Below, piece by piece: positions 56,321 through 64,000 of a stretch of DNA of 64,000 bases (within the stretch, counting starts at the first letter, position 1; the number at the start of each line of letters is the position of its first letter). Under the pieces are notes generated by a model. That model was not told the DNA's origin, did no database searches, and was given only the letters and a program-made list of their open reading frames with translations. The DNA lies in the NCBI GenBank assembly GCA_026394395.1, contig JAPKYK010000001.1, forward strand, positions 223,940-287,939, given 5' to 3'. The position numbers were made by a program, and so were the translations under genes. This DNA comes from Methanomassiliicoccales archaeon (lineage in GTDB: Archaea > Thermoplasmatota > Thermoplasmata > Methanomassiliicoccales > UBA472).

Positions 56321-57916
56321 ATGGTTGGACGATCTAAGGGTAATGTTCTTTCTGTGGTCTTCATCTCATTGTTACTGTTCGGAACCTTGTGCGTAGGCTT
56401 TGCCAATGTGGCATCCGCCGAGGAAGAATTCATGGATGGTGACTACATCTATACGGTCAACGCCTCTCTCACCGAGGCCACGATCAAGCAATATGTGGGC
56501 CTTGGAGGAGACATCACCATCCCTTCCACTTTAGGAGGATATCAGACCGCGGTGATTCAACACGAGGCGTTCAGCTACCCCGGCGGGCTCCTGGTCACCT
56601 CGGTCATCATCCCCAACAACGTCATTACCATCGAGGACTATGCTTTCGCCAATTGCATTCTATTGACCTCGGCCTATATTGGCAGTGGCGTCACATCATT
56701 TGGAGAACAGGCGTTCCTCGGCTGCGATTCCCTGGTCTCCATCACCGTGGACGATTCCAATCCGAGCTATAGAAGCATTGTAGGTGTATTGTACGACAAA
56801 GACCTTACCACCTTGATCAAATGTCCGTCGGCCAAGGCTGGAGAGGTAATAATCCCCCACGGTGTCACCTCGATTGGTTGGTATGCCTTCGATTCCTGTA
56901 AACTCCTGGAACATCTGGCCATGGGAAATGGTATCACGTCCATCAAATCCTACACATTCTACGAAAGCACCGCCCTGGAATCGGTGACCTTCACTCCGAA
57001 CAGCAATCTCGTATCCATCGGAGAACGGGCTTTCGATTCCTGTACCTCGTTGAAGGCCATCGATCTGCCGGACAAGCTTGAGACCATTGGGGACAGTGCG
57101 TTCCGGTCGTGCACTTCGCTGACCCCGTTGAACATACCTGGAAATGTCACCTCGATCGAATCGGGTGCATTCTCAGAATGTACTTCGTTGACGGGCGTTA
57201 TGATACCAGCCAGCGTCACGTCCATCGGAAATTACGCTTTCGGCGGTTGTAATAACCTGACATCGATCGACGTGGAGGAAGCGAACGCCAATTATTCCAG
57301 CATTGATGGTGTTCTGTACAACAAGACCGCGACCGCCCTTCTTCAATATCCAGCCGGAAAAGCAGGCGTGCTCGTCCTCCCCAGCAGTGCAACAGAAATA
57401 GAGAGAGGAGCTTGTATCAATTGCTACAACTTGACCTCGGTGACCATGGGAGACGACGTCGCCACCATCGGCTGGGGCGCATTTTATGGTTGTAGCAACC
57501 TGACCTCGGTGACTATGGGAAAGGGCATAACAACAATCGGTCTCTCAGCGTTCTTAGGCTGCACAGGACTGAGCTCCATCGTCATACCGGCAAGTGTGAC
57601 AACTATCGGAGACTTTGCTTTCTTTGGCTGCTATTCCTTGACCAACATCACCTTCCTTGGGCTGGTCTCTCCCTTGTACGTCGGGCAGGCCTGGATAACG
57701 GACACACCAGCGACCTTGCGGGGCCACGCGGACCCTGACTCGAACTTCCCAGTGCCAGGAGCCACCTTCTACGGGCTGACCATGGGCTACAACATCGAGG
57801 CGCCCGAACCCGAATCCAACGATAACACCATTTTAATAATACTGGCCGTCATCGCTATCATAGCCGTGCTCGTGGCTGTGATAATGCTAATGCGTAAGCG
57901 CAAAGGAAAGGCGTGA
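56321..57916 (+). CDS. BspA-type leucine-rich-repeat (LRR_5) cell-surface protein
   Basis: N-terminal signal/TM segment (VVFISLLLFGTLCVGFANVASA). About 20 repeats of the I.IP..VTSIG..AF..C.SLTS type. C-terminal TM anchor plus KRKGKA tail. Confidence 0.85.
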   Translation: MVGRSKGNVLSVVFISLLLFGTLCVGFANVASAEEEFMDGDYIYTVNASLTEATIKQYVGLGGDITIPSTLGGYQTAVIQHEAFSYPGGLLVTSVIIPNNVITIEDYAFANCILLTSAYIGSGVTSFGEQAFLGCDSLVSITVDDSNPSYRSIVGVLYDKDLTTLIKCPSAKAGEVIIPHGVTSIGWYAFDSCKLLEHLAMGNGITSIKSYTFYESTALESVTFTPNSNLVSIGERAFDSCTSLKAIDLPDKLETIGDSAFRSCTSLTPLNIPGNVTSIESGAFSECTSLTGVMIPASVTSIGNYAFGGCNNLTSIDVEEANANYSSIDGVLYNKTATALLQYPAGKAGVLVLPSSATEIERGACINCYNLTSVTMGDDVATIGWGAFYGCSNLTSVTMGKGITTIGLSAFLGCTGLSSIVIPASVTTIGDFAFFGCYSLTNITFLGLVSPLYVGQAWITDTPATLRGHADPDSNFPVPGATFYGLTMGYNIEAPEPESNDNTILIILAVIAIIAVLVAVIMLMRKRKGKA

Positions 57917-57960
57917 TCAGAGCACGGAGAATCAGTTCCCCCAAAGATAAAATAGTCAAG

Positions 57961-58044
57961 TGCAGGGGAAGGGATTTGAACCCTCGGACCGCTAGGGACT
58001 AGACCCTGAATCTAGCGCCGTTGGCCAAGCTTGGCTACCCCTGC
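57961..58044 (-). tRNA. tRNA-Leu(CAG), class II with long variable arm
   Basis: Manual fold: acceptor GCAGGGG/CCCCTGC, D-arm GCC-AAGCTTGGCCAAC-GGC, anticodon arm CTAGA-TTCAGGG-TCTAG, 13-nt variable arm, and T-arm GAGGG-TTCAAAT-CCCTT. CCA is not encoded. Confidence 0.9.
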
Positions 58045-58073
58045 CTAGGATTTAGCCGAAGGAAATCAACCTA

Positions 58074-58628
58074 CTAATACCTTATGCATTCGTTCCTTTT
58101 TCGAGGGTGCATGGCGAACCATTCTTTGGAGAGTATGGACAGCATCAAGTCGTCCACGTTCCGGCCGTTCTTGGTGCGGTATTGGCGCATCGTTCCTTCC
58201 ACAACGAAACCACACTTCTTGTAGGCCTTCTGCGCCCGCAGGTTCTCGGAATCGGTGATGAGGTCCACCCGGCGCATGCCCAGCTCCTCGAAGCAGTAGC
58301 GGAGCAGGGTGGTGATGGCGTCGCTGCCGTAACCTTTGCTCCAGTAGTCCTTCTCCCCGATCAGGATGCCCATGGTGGCCCGCTTGTACTTCCAGGAGAT
58401 ATCCTCCAATCCGGCGTTGCCGATGGGCTTACCTTCCTTGGTCAAGATGGTAAAGACCATCTTCCCTTCCCGCCTGATGTTGTCCACCCAGTTATGCTCC
58501 ATCTGCAGGCTGATGGGCGAGTCGGCCTTTAGCCAGCGGGTCACCTCCGGGTCGTTGATCCACTTCTCGTACAGCGAAACGTAGCTGCGTTCGGCCGCCA
58601 CCAGGTCGACCTTCTCCCCTATCAGCAT
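58074..58628 (-). CDS. GNAT-family N-acetyltransferase (RimJ/RimL-like)
   Basis: Trimmed to ATG 58628 (MLIGEKVDLV). Has GILIGEKDYWSKGYGSDAI and AYKKCGF. Confidence 0.8.
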   Translation of the reverse strand: MLIGEKVDLVAAERSYVSLYEKWINDPEVTRWLKADSPISLQMEHNWVDNIRREGKMVFTILTKEGKPIGNAGLEDISWKYKRATMGILIGEKDYWSKGYGSDAITTLLRYCFEELGMRRVDLITDSENLRAQKAYKKCGFVVEGTMRQYRTKNGRNVDDLMLSILSKEWFAMHPRKRNECIRY

Positions 58629-59152
58629 GGTTTCGCCTCCGTGGACAGCAGGGAGAGCAGCGTCGAATCGCGCCATTCCCCACCGTTGAAATGGTCTTGA
58701 CGGAGCACACCTTCCACCTGGAAGCCCACGGCCTGGAAGGCGTCCAGGACAGGTTGGTTATCGAACGACACCCTGGTCCACAACCGGTGCAGCCCCTGCC
58801 CGTCGAACAGGTGCTTGGTGGCTAATGCCAGTGCCTCCTCCATCTGTTCCTGGTCCGTCTTCTCTCCCCATATCAATGTTACTTGCGCCGAGTCGCTCAT
58901 GGGTTGAAGGTGGCCGATCTCCACCAGGCCGAGAGGCGTTTCCTGAGACAGCCCAAGGACCACCAGGTCGAAGCGCGAGGGCTGGGCCAGTCGTTCCTTT
59001 ATGATGTCCTGCACCTGCTCCAGGCTGTAGCAGGCCTTCCAGGAGGGCCGCCCCGCGGCCCGGCGCGCCTTGGGGTCGTTCAACCAGCGGAACATGGTAA
59101 TCTCATCAGTGGACTGCAAGGGCTCTAGCCCCACCAGCCTTCCTCGGAGCAT
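58622..59152 (-). CDS. GNAT-family N-acetyltransferase (second, divergent paralog)
   Basis: Trimmed to ATG 59152 (MLRGRLVGLEP). C-terminal AFQAVGFQVEGVLR. 7-nt overlap with the downstream GNAT gene. Confidence 0.7.
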   Translation of the reverse strand: MLRGRLVGLEPLQSTDEITMFRWLNDPKARRAAGRPSWKACYSLEQVQDIIKERLAQPSRFDLVVLGLSQETPLGLVEIGHLQPMSDSAQVTLIWGEKTDQEQMEEALALATKHLFDGQGLHRLWTRVSFDNQPVLDAFQAVGFQVEGVLRQDHFNGGEWRDSTLLSLLSTEAKPC

Positions 59153-59258
59153 GAGGCATCCATAGCCTAAGTGGGAAATAATCCTATTCCCCGGCATGCT
59201 TCGGGCCTTCCCCTCCTTCCAGCGCAAAAATGATTTATGGGGAACGGCATGGCCGGGC

Positions 59259-59891
59259 ATGGACCTGAAGATCGTGCTTTTGGGACCCCCGGGATCGGGC
59301 AAGGGAACGCAGACCGAGAGGCTGGTAGCCGAGTTTGGTTTCACCAAGATATCCACCGGGGACCTGCTGCGCGAGGCGGTCCGCAACGGCACCCCATTGG
59401 GAAAGGAGGCCAAGGGCTACATGGACGCCGGGAAGCTGGTCCCGGACGACCTGGTGATCGGCCTGATCAAGGAGAAGCTCAAGGGGCTGAAGGGCGCCGT
59501 GCTGCTGGACGGCTTCCCCCGCTCCCTGGAGCAAGCCAAGGCCCTGGACAAGTTCTTCCACGTGGAGATGGCCGTGGACCTGGAAGTGGACCAGGAAGTG
59601 CTCATCAAACGCCTCACCGAGAGGAGGTCCTGCAAGGCCTGCAACGCCGTGTTCCACCTGGAGTTCAACCCACCCAAGAAAAAGGGCATCTGCGACAAGT
59701 GCGGCGGAGAGCTGTATCAAAGGAGCGACGACACCGAGAAGATCGTGCGGGAAAGGTTCACCACCTACACCGAACGCACAGCCCCGCTCACCGAGCACTA
59801 CCGCAAGAAGGGCGTGCTCAAATCGGTGGACGGCATGGGCTCCATCGACGACGTTTACAAGCGCATCGCCAAGGTAATAAAGGCTGCCTGA
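59259..59891 (+). CDS. adk: Adenylate kinase, long (bacterial-type) form with Cys4 zinc lid
   Basis: Trimmed to MDLKIVLLGPPGSGKGTQ at ATG 59259. The lid reads CKACNAVFH...CDKCGGEL. Confidence 0.9.
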   Translation: MDLKIVLLGPPGSGKGTQTERLVAEFGFTKISTGDLLREAVRNGTPLGKEAKGYMDAGKLVPDDLVIGLIKEKLKGLKGAVLLDGFPRSLEQAKALDKFFHVEMAVDLEVDQEVLIKRLTERRSCKACNAVFHLEFNPPKKKGICDKCGGELYQRSDDTEKIVRERFTTYTERTAPLTEHYRKKGVLKSVDGMGSIDDVYKRIAKVIKAA

Positions 59892-59939
59892 AGTTAACGA
59901 AAAGGTTAAAGGCAGGTAGTAATTACCACCGTTTCGCAC

Positions 59940-60015
59940 AGCCCCGTAGTGTAGCGGTCAATCATGCGGGACTCTGGATCCTGCGACGGCAGTTCGAATC
60001 TGCCCGGGGCTACCA
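59940..60015 (+). tRNA. tRNA-Gln(CUG) with encoded CCA
   Basis: Manual fold: acceptor AGCCCCG/CGGGGCT, anticodon arm CGGGA-CTCTGGA-TCCTG, and T-arm GGCAG-TTCGAAT-CTGCC. Confidence 0.9.
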
Positions 60016-60024
60016 CTTATCCCC

Positions 60025-60603
60025 TTACGGCTCTTCCAGACGCTCTTCACCCTGGCACAGGTCCTGGAAATACTTCTCCGCGTCCGGCGGTCCGCGGGAT
60101 ATCACGACATCCCCGACCTCCAGTTTAGCGTCCTTCTCCGGCCCGTACAGGTACTTGCGGCCCCTTTTGATCGCGACGACCCACATGCCGCTCTGGCTGG
60201 CCAGCCTCATGCTGCCCAAGGTGCGTCCGACCAGGTCCGAGCCCTCCTTGACCTCGGCCAAGGTGATGGTGGTGTCGGCGTCCTTGATGCTTAACCGGAT
60301 CACCGGGTGCGGCTCGTCATCGTGGATGGTGACCATGGCTATCTGCATCGCGGCCTCGGATATCTCCTCCACCGCCATGGCCAGCTTGATGATCGCGAAG
60401 GCCTTTCCCTCGTCGTGGTCCTGCCCGGACCGGGCGATGGCCTGGCGCTGGATGTTGTTGGCCAGTTCGTCCAGCATCTCCTCCATCAGCACCACCTCCT
60501 CGGCGATCTCCTTGTTGTTGTAGAGCAGGGAGGAATAGGCCAGGTCGATCATCAGCTCGGAGGTGTCCTTGAGCTCCAGAAGCATGTCCTCTAATTGGTC
60601 CAT
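60025..60603 (-). CDS. PhoU-like helical domain plus TrkA-C (RCK_C) regulatory protein
   Basis: Trimmed to ATG 60603 (MDQLEDMLLELKD). C-terminal TrkA-C-like segment EGSDLVGRTLGSMRLASQSGMWVVAIKRG. ATGA overlap with the upstream paralog. Confidence 0.7.
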   Translation of the reverse strand: MDQLEDMLLELKDTSELMIDLAYSSLLYNNKEIAEEVVLMEEMLDELANNIQRQAIARSGQDHDEGKAFAIIKLAMAVEEISEAAMQIAMVTIHDDEPHPVIRLSIKDADTTITLAEVKEGSDLVGRTLGSMRLASQSGMWVVAIKRGRKYLYGPEKDAKLEVGDVVISRGPPDAEKYFQDLCQGEERLEEP

Positions 60604-61253
60604 CACTCTTCCTCCCCTTTGTCGTCGGGATAGACCGGCCACTTTTCCTCGCCATTGGCGTACTTTCTGAGGATGTCGTAGCCGTCGTCGGTGCCGCGCA
60701 CGATCAATGTGTCCGCAGCCTTCAGCCTGGTCCCCTCTTCAGGATCGTATAACCAGCGCTTGCCGCGCTTGAGGGCGATGATGCGCATGCCCGTCTCGGA
60801 TTCCACGCCCAGCTCCTCGATGGTGCGGCCGACCATGTCCGATCCCTCGCTGAGGACCAGACGCTTGATCTTCTCCTCCGCCTCCCTCAGTATGAAGGTC
60901 AGGAAGGGTCGTTTGTCCACTTCGCACTCCATGAGCTTGACTATGTCCCCGGCGGCGTTGGATATGCGCCGGGAGGCCGCGGCCACCTCTAACAGGGAGG
61001 ACAGCTTGTTGGCGTCCTTGTGGGTGCGTGCGGAGAGCATGGCCTTTATCCTGATGTTCTTGCTCAGCTCCTCCACGTCCTCCTCCATCTTCTGGACCTC
61101 GTCCGCGATCTCATGGCTGTCGAACATTATGGAGGCGTAGGCCAGGTCTACCATTATCTCCGAGATGTCCTTCATCTCGGTGAGTATCTCCCGGACCGTG
61201 GCGTGGGCCAGATCGTACTTCTCTAACCGCTGCTCCTTTCCAAGCTCATTCAT
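60603..61253 (-). CDS. PhoU-like helical domain plus TrkA-C (RCK_C) regulatory protein (paralog)
   Basis: Same architecture as the gene at 60025-60603 (EGSDMVGRTIEELGVESETGMRIIALKRG). Confidence 0.7.
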   Translation of the reverse strand: MNELGKEQRLEKYDLAHATVREILTEMKDISEIMVDLAYASIMFDSHEIADEVQKMEEDVEELSKNIRIKAMLSARTHKDANKLSSLLEVAAASRRISNAAGDIVKLMECEVDKRPFLTFILREAEEKIKRLVLSEGSDMVGRTIEELGVESETGMRIIALKRGKRWLYDPEEGTRLKAADTLIVRGTDDGYDILRKYANGEEKWPVYPDDKGEEE

Positions 61254-61527
61254 AAAAAGAACACCTGTACCGAGTCACGGCACCAGGCCACCGGCTGAAC
61301 CGGGGGTTGTTGGTCGATTTAGCGCGTGACATCTTGGTTGGCCTCACGGGGTCGCCAGGCAGAACTCTCCCAGGCACCACCGTCATCATTCCTTATGTTT
61401 TTCTCTATATATCATCGTTGCGAAATAATGCCGTCGTTTTGCATACCTGCTGGAACTCATTTTTTACCATCTGGTGGAATGCCTTATTATTAATATTTTA
61501 AAATGTTACCTCTATCCGGGTGCTGAC

Positions 61528-62772
61528 ATGAGCGGGGCAGTGAGGACTTTTTTCAGCAACAATAAAGCGGTCTTCACCATGGGGTTCATAGCCCTGCTGA
61601 TATCCTCGCTGGGCGACATATCGGCCGGGGTCACACTAGGTTTCATGACCGACAGCCTTGAGCTGCTTCCCGGGCTCATGATACTAATTCCACCGGCAAT
61701 AGGCATGCGGGGTAACATATTCGGGGCGCTGGGAAGCCGGTTGGGAACCTCGATGCACGTGGGCACGTTCGAGCTATCCCTGCGCAAAGGGAGCATACTG
61801 CGGCAGAACATGGAGGCATCCCTGATCCTTACCATGGTCATCTCCTTCCTCATGGGCGTGCTGGCCAAGGTCGTCTCCGTCGCCCTCGGCGTGGAGAGCA
61901 TCAGTCTGCAGCAGTTCATCTTCATCTCCGTGTTCGGGGGAGTGCTGGCCGGATTGGTACTTATAGTGGTCAACATCATCGTGGCCAACGTAGGCTTTCA
62001 CCGCAACTGGGACATCGACAACATCAGCGCCCCCGTGCTGACGGCCGCCGGGGACATCGTAACGTTGCCCATGCTCTTCATCGCCGCCCTACTGGTAACT
62101 TGGACGAATCATGGCGGGCAACTGGTCATCAACCCCATGTTCTACGACATCATGATGGTGATCTTCCTAATCATCACTGTCTACCTGATCTACGACGCCC
62201 TGTACCGGAGGGACGAGGAGGCCAAGCGCATCTTCGTGCAGAGCGCCCCTGTGCTTTTAATATGCACCATGCTCGACCTGGGTGCCGGTCTCACCATTGA
62301 GGACCATTTGACCCATCTGGTGGCCTTCCCGGCCTTGTTGGTCATGATACCGCTGTTCCTGGAGAACAGCAACGCCCTGGGTGGGATATTGACGTCCCGC
62401 ATGTCCTCCCTGTTGCATATGGGTATACTGGAACCGAAGAGCGTCCCTGGAAAGGCCAGCTACGAGAACTTTGTCATCATCTACATATTCGCCCTCTGGG
62501 TGTTCACCCTGACCAGTGTAACCGCTCACTTCGTATCGTTGGCCATGGGGCTGGCCTCGCCCGGTCTCTTGGCCATGATCACTCTGGGCCTTTTGGCCGG
62601 GCTGATAACCGTCACCGTGCTGAACTTCCTATCATATTACGTGGCGGTGACCACCTTCATGTTCTCCCTGGATCCGGACGACCACAGCATCCCGGTGACC
62701 TCCTCGGCCATCGATTTCATCGGGGCCCTGGCCCTCATGGGCATGATCGTCCTGCTCGGCCTCTCGGTCTGA
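61528..62772 (+). CDS. Divalent-cation transporter with two MgtE-type TM domains and no cytosolic N/CBS domains
   Basis: PGLMILIPPAIGMRGNIFGALGSRLGT and a second repeat, PALLVMIPLFLENSNALGGILTSRMSS. ATG 61528 is preferred over the track start 61474. Confidence 0.7.
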   Translation: MSGAVRTFFSNNKAVFTMGFIALLISSLGDISAGVTLGFMTDSLELLPGLMILIPPAIGMRGNIFGALGSRLGTSMHVGTFELSLRKGSILRQNMEASLILTMVISFLMGVLAKVVSVALGVESISLQQFIFISVFGGVLAGLVLIVVNIIVANVGFHRNWDIDNISAPVLTAAGDIVTLPMLFIAALLVTWTNHGGQLVINPMFYDIMMVIFLIITVYLIYDALYRRDEEAKRIFVQSAPVLLICTMLDLGAGLTIEDHLTHLVAFPALLVMIPLFLENSNALGGILTSRMSSLLHMGILEPKSVPGKASYENFVIIYIFALWVFTLTSVTAHFVSLAMGLASPGLLAMITLGLLAGLITVTVLNFLSYYVAVTTFMFSLDPDDHSIPVTSSAIDFIGALALMGMIVLLGLSV

Positions 62773-62828
62773 GTTGGCACAAATTAATATGCTATGGAAC
62801 GTTCCCTAAGTATCCGAAGGGGAGCTGA

Positions 62829-63986
62829 ATGATAGACAGGCAGAGCATCCTGGCCAATTTGGAGAGATACGATCCCAAGAAGATTAAGATAGGCGTGCTG
62901 GCATCCCATTCCGCCCTGGACGTCTGCGACGGGGCGGTGGAAGAGGGCTTCCGTACCCTGGCCGTGTGCCAGGAGGGCCGGGACGCCGCCTACACCAAAT
63001 ACTTCAAGGCTTACCGCGAGAAGAACGGCAAGCTCCGCCGGGGCATGATCGACGAAGCCTTGATGTTGACCAAGTTCAAGGAGGCCACCACCCCCAAGGT
63101 CACCGAGCGCCTGCTCAAGGAGAACGTGCTTTTCGTACCCAACCGCTCCTTCACCTCCTACTGTGGCATCGACGCGGTGGAGAACGACTTCAAGGTCCCC
63201 CTGGTCGGCTCCCGCAACCTGCTCCGCTGCGAGGACCGCGGCGGGGAGAAGGACTATTACTGGCTGCTGGAACAGGCCAGCATGCCCTCGCCCCGCAAGG
63301 TGAAGCGGCCGGAGGACATCAGCGCCCTGACCATCGTCAAGCTGCATCATAAGCAGAAGAAGCTGGAGCGGGGCTTCTTCACCGCCTCCACCCCCGAGGA
63401 GTATCGAGAGAAGGCAGGGAAGCTGATCAAGGACGGTGTCATCGACCAGGAATCGCTGGCCGAGGCTCGCATGGAGGAATACATCATCGGCCCCGTCTTC
63501 AATCTGGACTTCTTCTACTCTCCCCTGGAGGAGAAGGGCAGCCGCATCGAGCTGCTTGGCATAGACTGGAGGTTCGAGTCGTCCCTGGACGGCTTCGTAC
63601 GCCTGCCGGCGGCGCAGCAGCTGGCGCTAAATGATGCACAAAGCATTCCTGAGTACACCGTCTGCGGGCACAACTCCTCCACCATGAGAGAGTCCCTCCT
63701 GGACGGGGCGTTTGAGCTGGCCGAGAAGTTCGTGAAGGTGGCGGAAAAGCACTTCCATCCGGGCATGATCGGGCCGTTCTGCCTGCAGACCTGTGTGGAC
63801 AAGGACCTGCACTTCTTCATATACGACGTCGCTCCGCGCATCGGCGGGGGCACCAACGTGCACATGTCCGTCGGTCACCCCTACGGCAACTCCCTATGGC
63901 GCCGGAGCATGAGCACCGGACGCCGACTGGCCATGGAGGTCAGGCGAGCGGTGGACGAGCAAAGGATTGAGGAGATCGTCACCTGA
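62829..63986 (+). CDS. purP: 5-formaminoimidazole-4-carboxamide ribonucleotide (FAICAR) synthetase, ATP-grasp type
   Basis: KIGVLASHSALDVCDGAVEEGF ... GPFCLQTCV ... IYDVAPRIGGGTNV is the archaeal PurP signature. Confidence 0.85.
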   Translation: MIDRQSILANLERYDPKKIKIGVLASHSALDVCDGAVEEGFRTLAVCQEGRDAAYTKYFKAYREKNGKLRRGMIDEALMLTKFKEATTPKVTERLLKENVLFVPNRSFTSYCGIDAVENDFKVPLVGSRNLLRCEDRGGEKDYYWLLEQASMPSPRKVKRPEDISALTIVKLHHKQKKLERGFFTASTPEEYREKAGKLIKDGVIDQESLAEARMEEYIIGPVFNLDFFYSPLEEKGSRIELLGIDWRFESSLDGFVRLPAAQQLALNDAQSIPEYTVCGHNSSTMRESLLDGAFELAEKFVKVAEKHFHPGMIGPFCLQTCVDKDLHFFIYDVAPRIGGGTNVHMSVGHPYGNSLWRRSMSTGRRLAMEVRRAVDEQRIEEIVT

Positions 63987-64000
63987 TGGAAGCTTCGTAA

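Noticed and set aside
56321-57916. Periodic nucleotide repetition that could be mistaken for a repeat array or CRISPR.
   Set aside because: The periodicity is the roughly 23-aa LRR_5 protein repeat inside one continuous ORF. There are no identical direct repeats with unique spacers and no cas genes.

Overview
High-GC archaeal chromosomal segment. Archaeal markers seen: aIF-1A, L21e, L15e, Rpo4/F, Pus10, family-B DNA polymerase, PurP, archease, and a tRNA with a canonical bulge-helix-bulge intron. The gene content looks Thermoplasmatota/Methanomassiliicoccales-like, but that placement is inference only. I call about 70 CDS, 3 tRNAs (Glu-UUC with a 25-nt intron, Leu-CAG, Gln-CUG) and one pseudogene remnant. 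I found no rRNA, CRISPR array, transposase or integrase. Most of the window is housekeeping: ilvB/ilvC, TldD/PmbA, proBA, tdh-kbl, the aIF1A-Rio1-KH cluster, the L21e-RpoF-DUF655-KsgA cluster, polB, adk and purP. Many genes are translationally coupled through ATGA/GTGA overlaps. Two visibly more AT-rich accessory stretches stand out. The first (about 26.2-35.0 kb) holds a Vsr/wHTH/putative REase/Dcm module, an FmdE-TauE-small-Cys-protein cluster, ACR3, a CMD-domain protein, tRNA-Glu and an orphan methyltransferase. The second (about 55.6-58.0 kb) holds a USP relic, a BspA-type LRR surface protein and tRNA-Leu. The candidates most worth follow-up are: a four-gene glutamate-synthase-like operon headed by a GlcD-type FAD/Fe-S protein with no GltD-type subunit; a radical-SAM plus QueG-like operon; the FmdE/TauE/Cys-protein/ACR3 cluster; a ThiI-derived protein with a destroyed PP-loop; and a three-hairpin leader upstream of L15e. 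All functional calls come from motif recognition by eye, since no searches could be run.
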